In this document: piece by piece, positions 56,523 through 56,861 of the stretch
Position numbering within the stretch: the first letter of the stretch is position 1
Layout: the number at the start of each line of letters is the position of its first letter
From: Gemmatimonadota bacterium
GTDB lineage: Bacteria; Gemmatimonadota; Gemmatimonadetes; Palauibacterales; KS3-K002
Length of the DNA: 56,861 nt
Direction: 5' to 3'
Assembly (NCBI GenBank): GCA_039586795.1
Contig: JBDHJS010000021.1
Span: forward strand, 1-56,861
Program-made: the position numbers and the translations under genes
Notes under the pieces: generated by a model
Told to the model about the DNA's origin: nothing
Seen by the model: only the letters and a program-made list of their open reading frames with translations
The model's database searches: none

Positions 56523-56861
56523 ATGATCAGGCGACTGCTACTGAACACGCTATTCGTCTTTCTTCTCCCGCTCGACGGCCTGGGCCAGGATGAGGGCTTC
56601 CAATTCGATGTCGTGGCCGAAGTGCCGACGACATCGGTGAAGAACCAGGCGCGGACCGGGACCTGCTGGAGCTTCGCGACAACGTCGTTCATCGAGACGG
56701 AGTTGATCCGGCAGGGGAAAGACCCGCTGAACCTGTCGGAGATGTTCTTCGTCCGGATGACCTATCCTCAAAAAGCAGATAACTATGTGCGCCTTCATGG
56801 GAACACGGTGTTTGGCCCCGGAAGCCTTGGGCAGGACGTGATACGGGTCATTCGTCGTTAC
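56523..56861 (+). CDS. C1 family cysteine aminopeptidase (PepC/bleomycin hydrolase-like), N-terminal part, truncated by the window edge
   Basis: GGGGAG SD; MIRRLLL...TSVKNQARTGTCWSFATTSFIETE...LSEMF contains the papain-type Q..CW motif; absent from the ORF track because it has no stop in the window. Confidence 0.92.
   Translation, partial: MIRRLLLNTLFVFLLPLDGLGQDEGFQFDVVAEVPTTSVKNQARTGTCWSFATTSFIETELIRQGKDPLNLSEMFFVRMTYPQKADNYVRLHGNTVFGPGSLGQDVIRVIRRY

Noticed and set aside
1..56861. CRISPR array, rRNA, tRNA (including tRNA-Sec), transposase, integrase or reverse transcriptase
   Set aside because: No regularly spaced identical repeats, cloverleaf motifs or mobile-element protein motifs were seen; most intergenic gaps are under 300 nt.

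Overview
GC-rich, gene-dense bacterial window of about 38 CDS. I found no rRNA, tRNA, CRISPR array, transposase or integrase. Gene content (duplicated orphan ABC permease, DUF5916/CBM9-like protein, Ig+RCC1 lipoprotein, membrane Ser/Thr kinase) suggests a Gemmatimonadota/Acidobacteriota-like diderm; this is inference. In order: DUF5107-TPR plus DUF6067-like glycan pair; coupled SDR-PAP2-SDR-CPBP operon; tamAB; MltD-like lytic transglycosylase; M3 peptidase; CsgG-like/OmpA fusion; small Cys-rich gene; DedA-rhodanese; methyltransferase; two-subunit Mo-hydroxylase; Ser/Thr kinase; RND pump with a substrate-binding-domain/TolC fusion; a four-gene exported protease module; transporters; lipid genes; partial C1 aminopeptidase. 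The best-supported hidden feature is that the DedA-rhodanese ORF appears to read through an in-frame TGA at a Cys-equivalent position (YCT-U-PNE) followed by a SECIS-like hairpin, i.e. a likely selenoprotein truncated in the ORF track. Other candidates: the uncharacterised operon at 41.5-47.0 kb (BamE-like/trypsin/beta-barrel protein and partners), a degenerate AT-rich element repeated at 41.3 and 53.6 kb, a long intergenic hairpin at 56.3 kb, and an in-frame internally deleted DUF5916-type gene. All family calls come from motif recognition by eye, not database searches.
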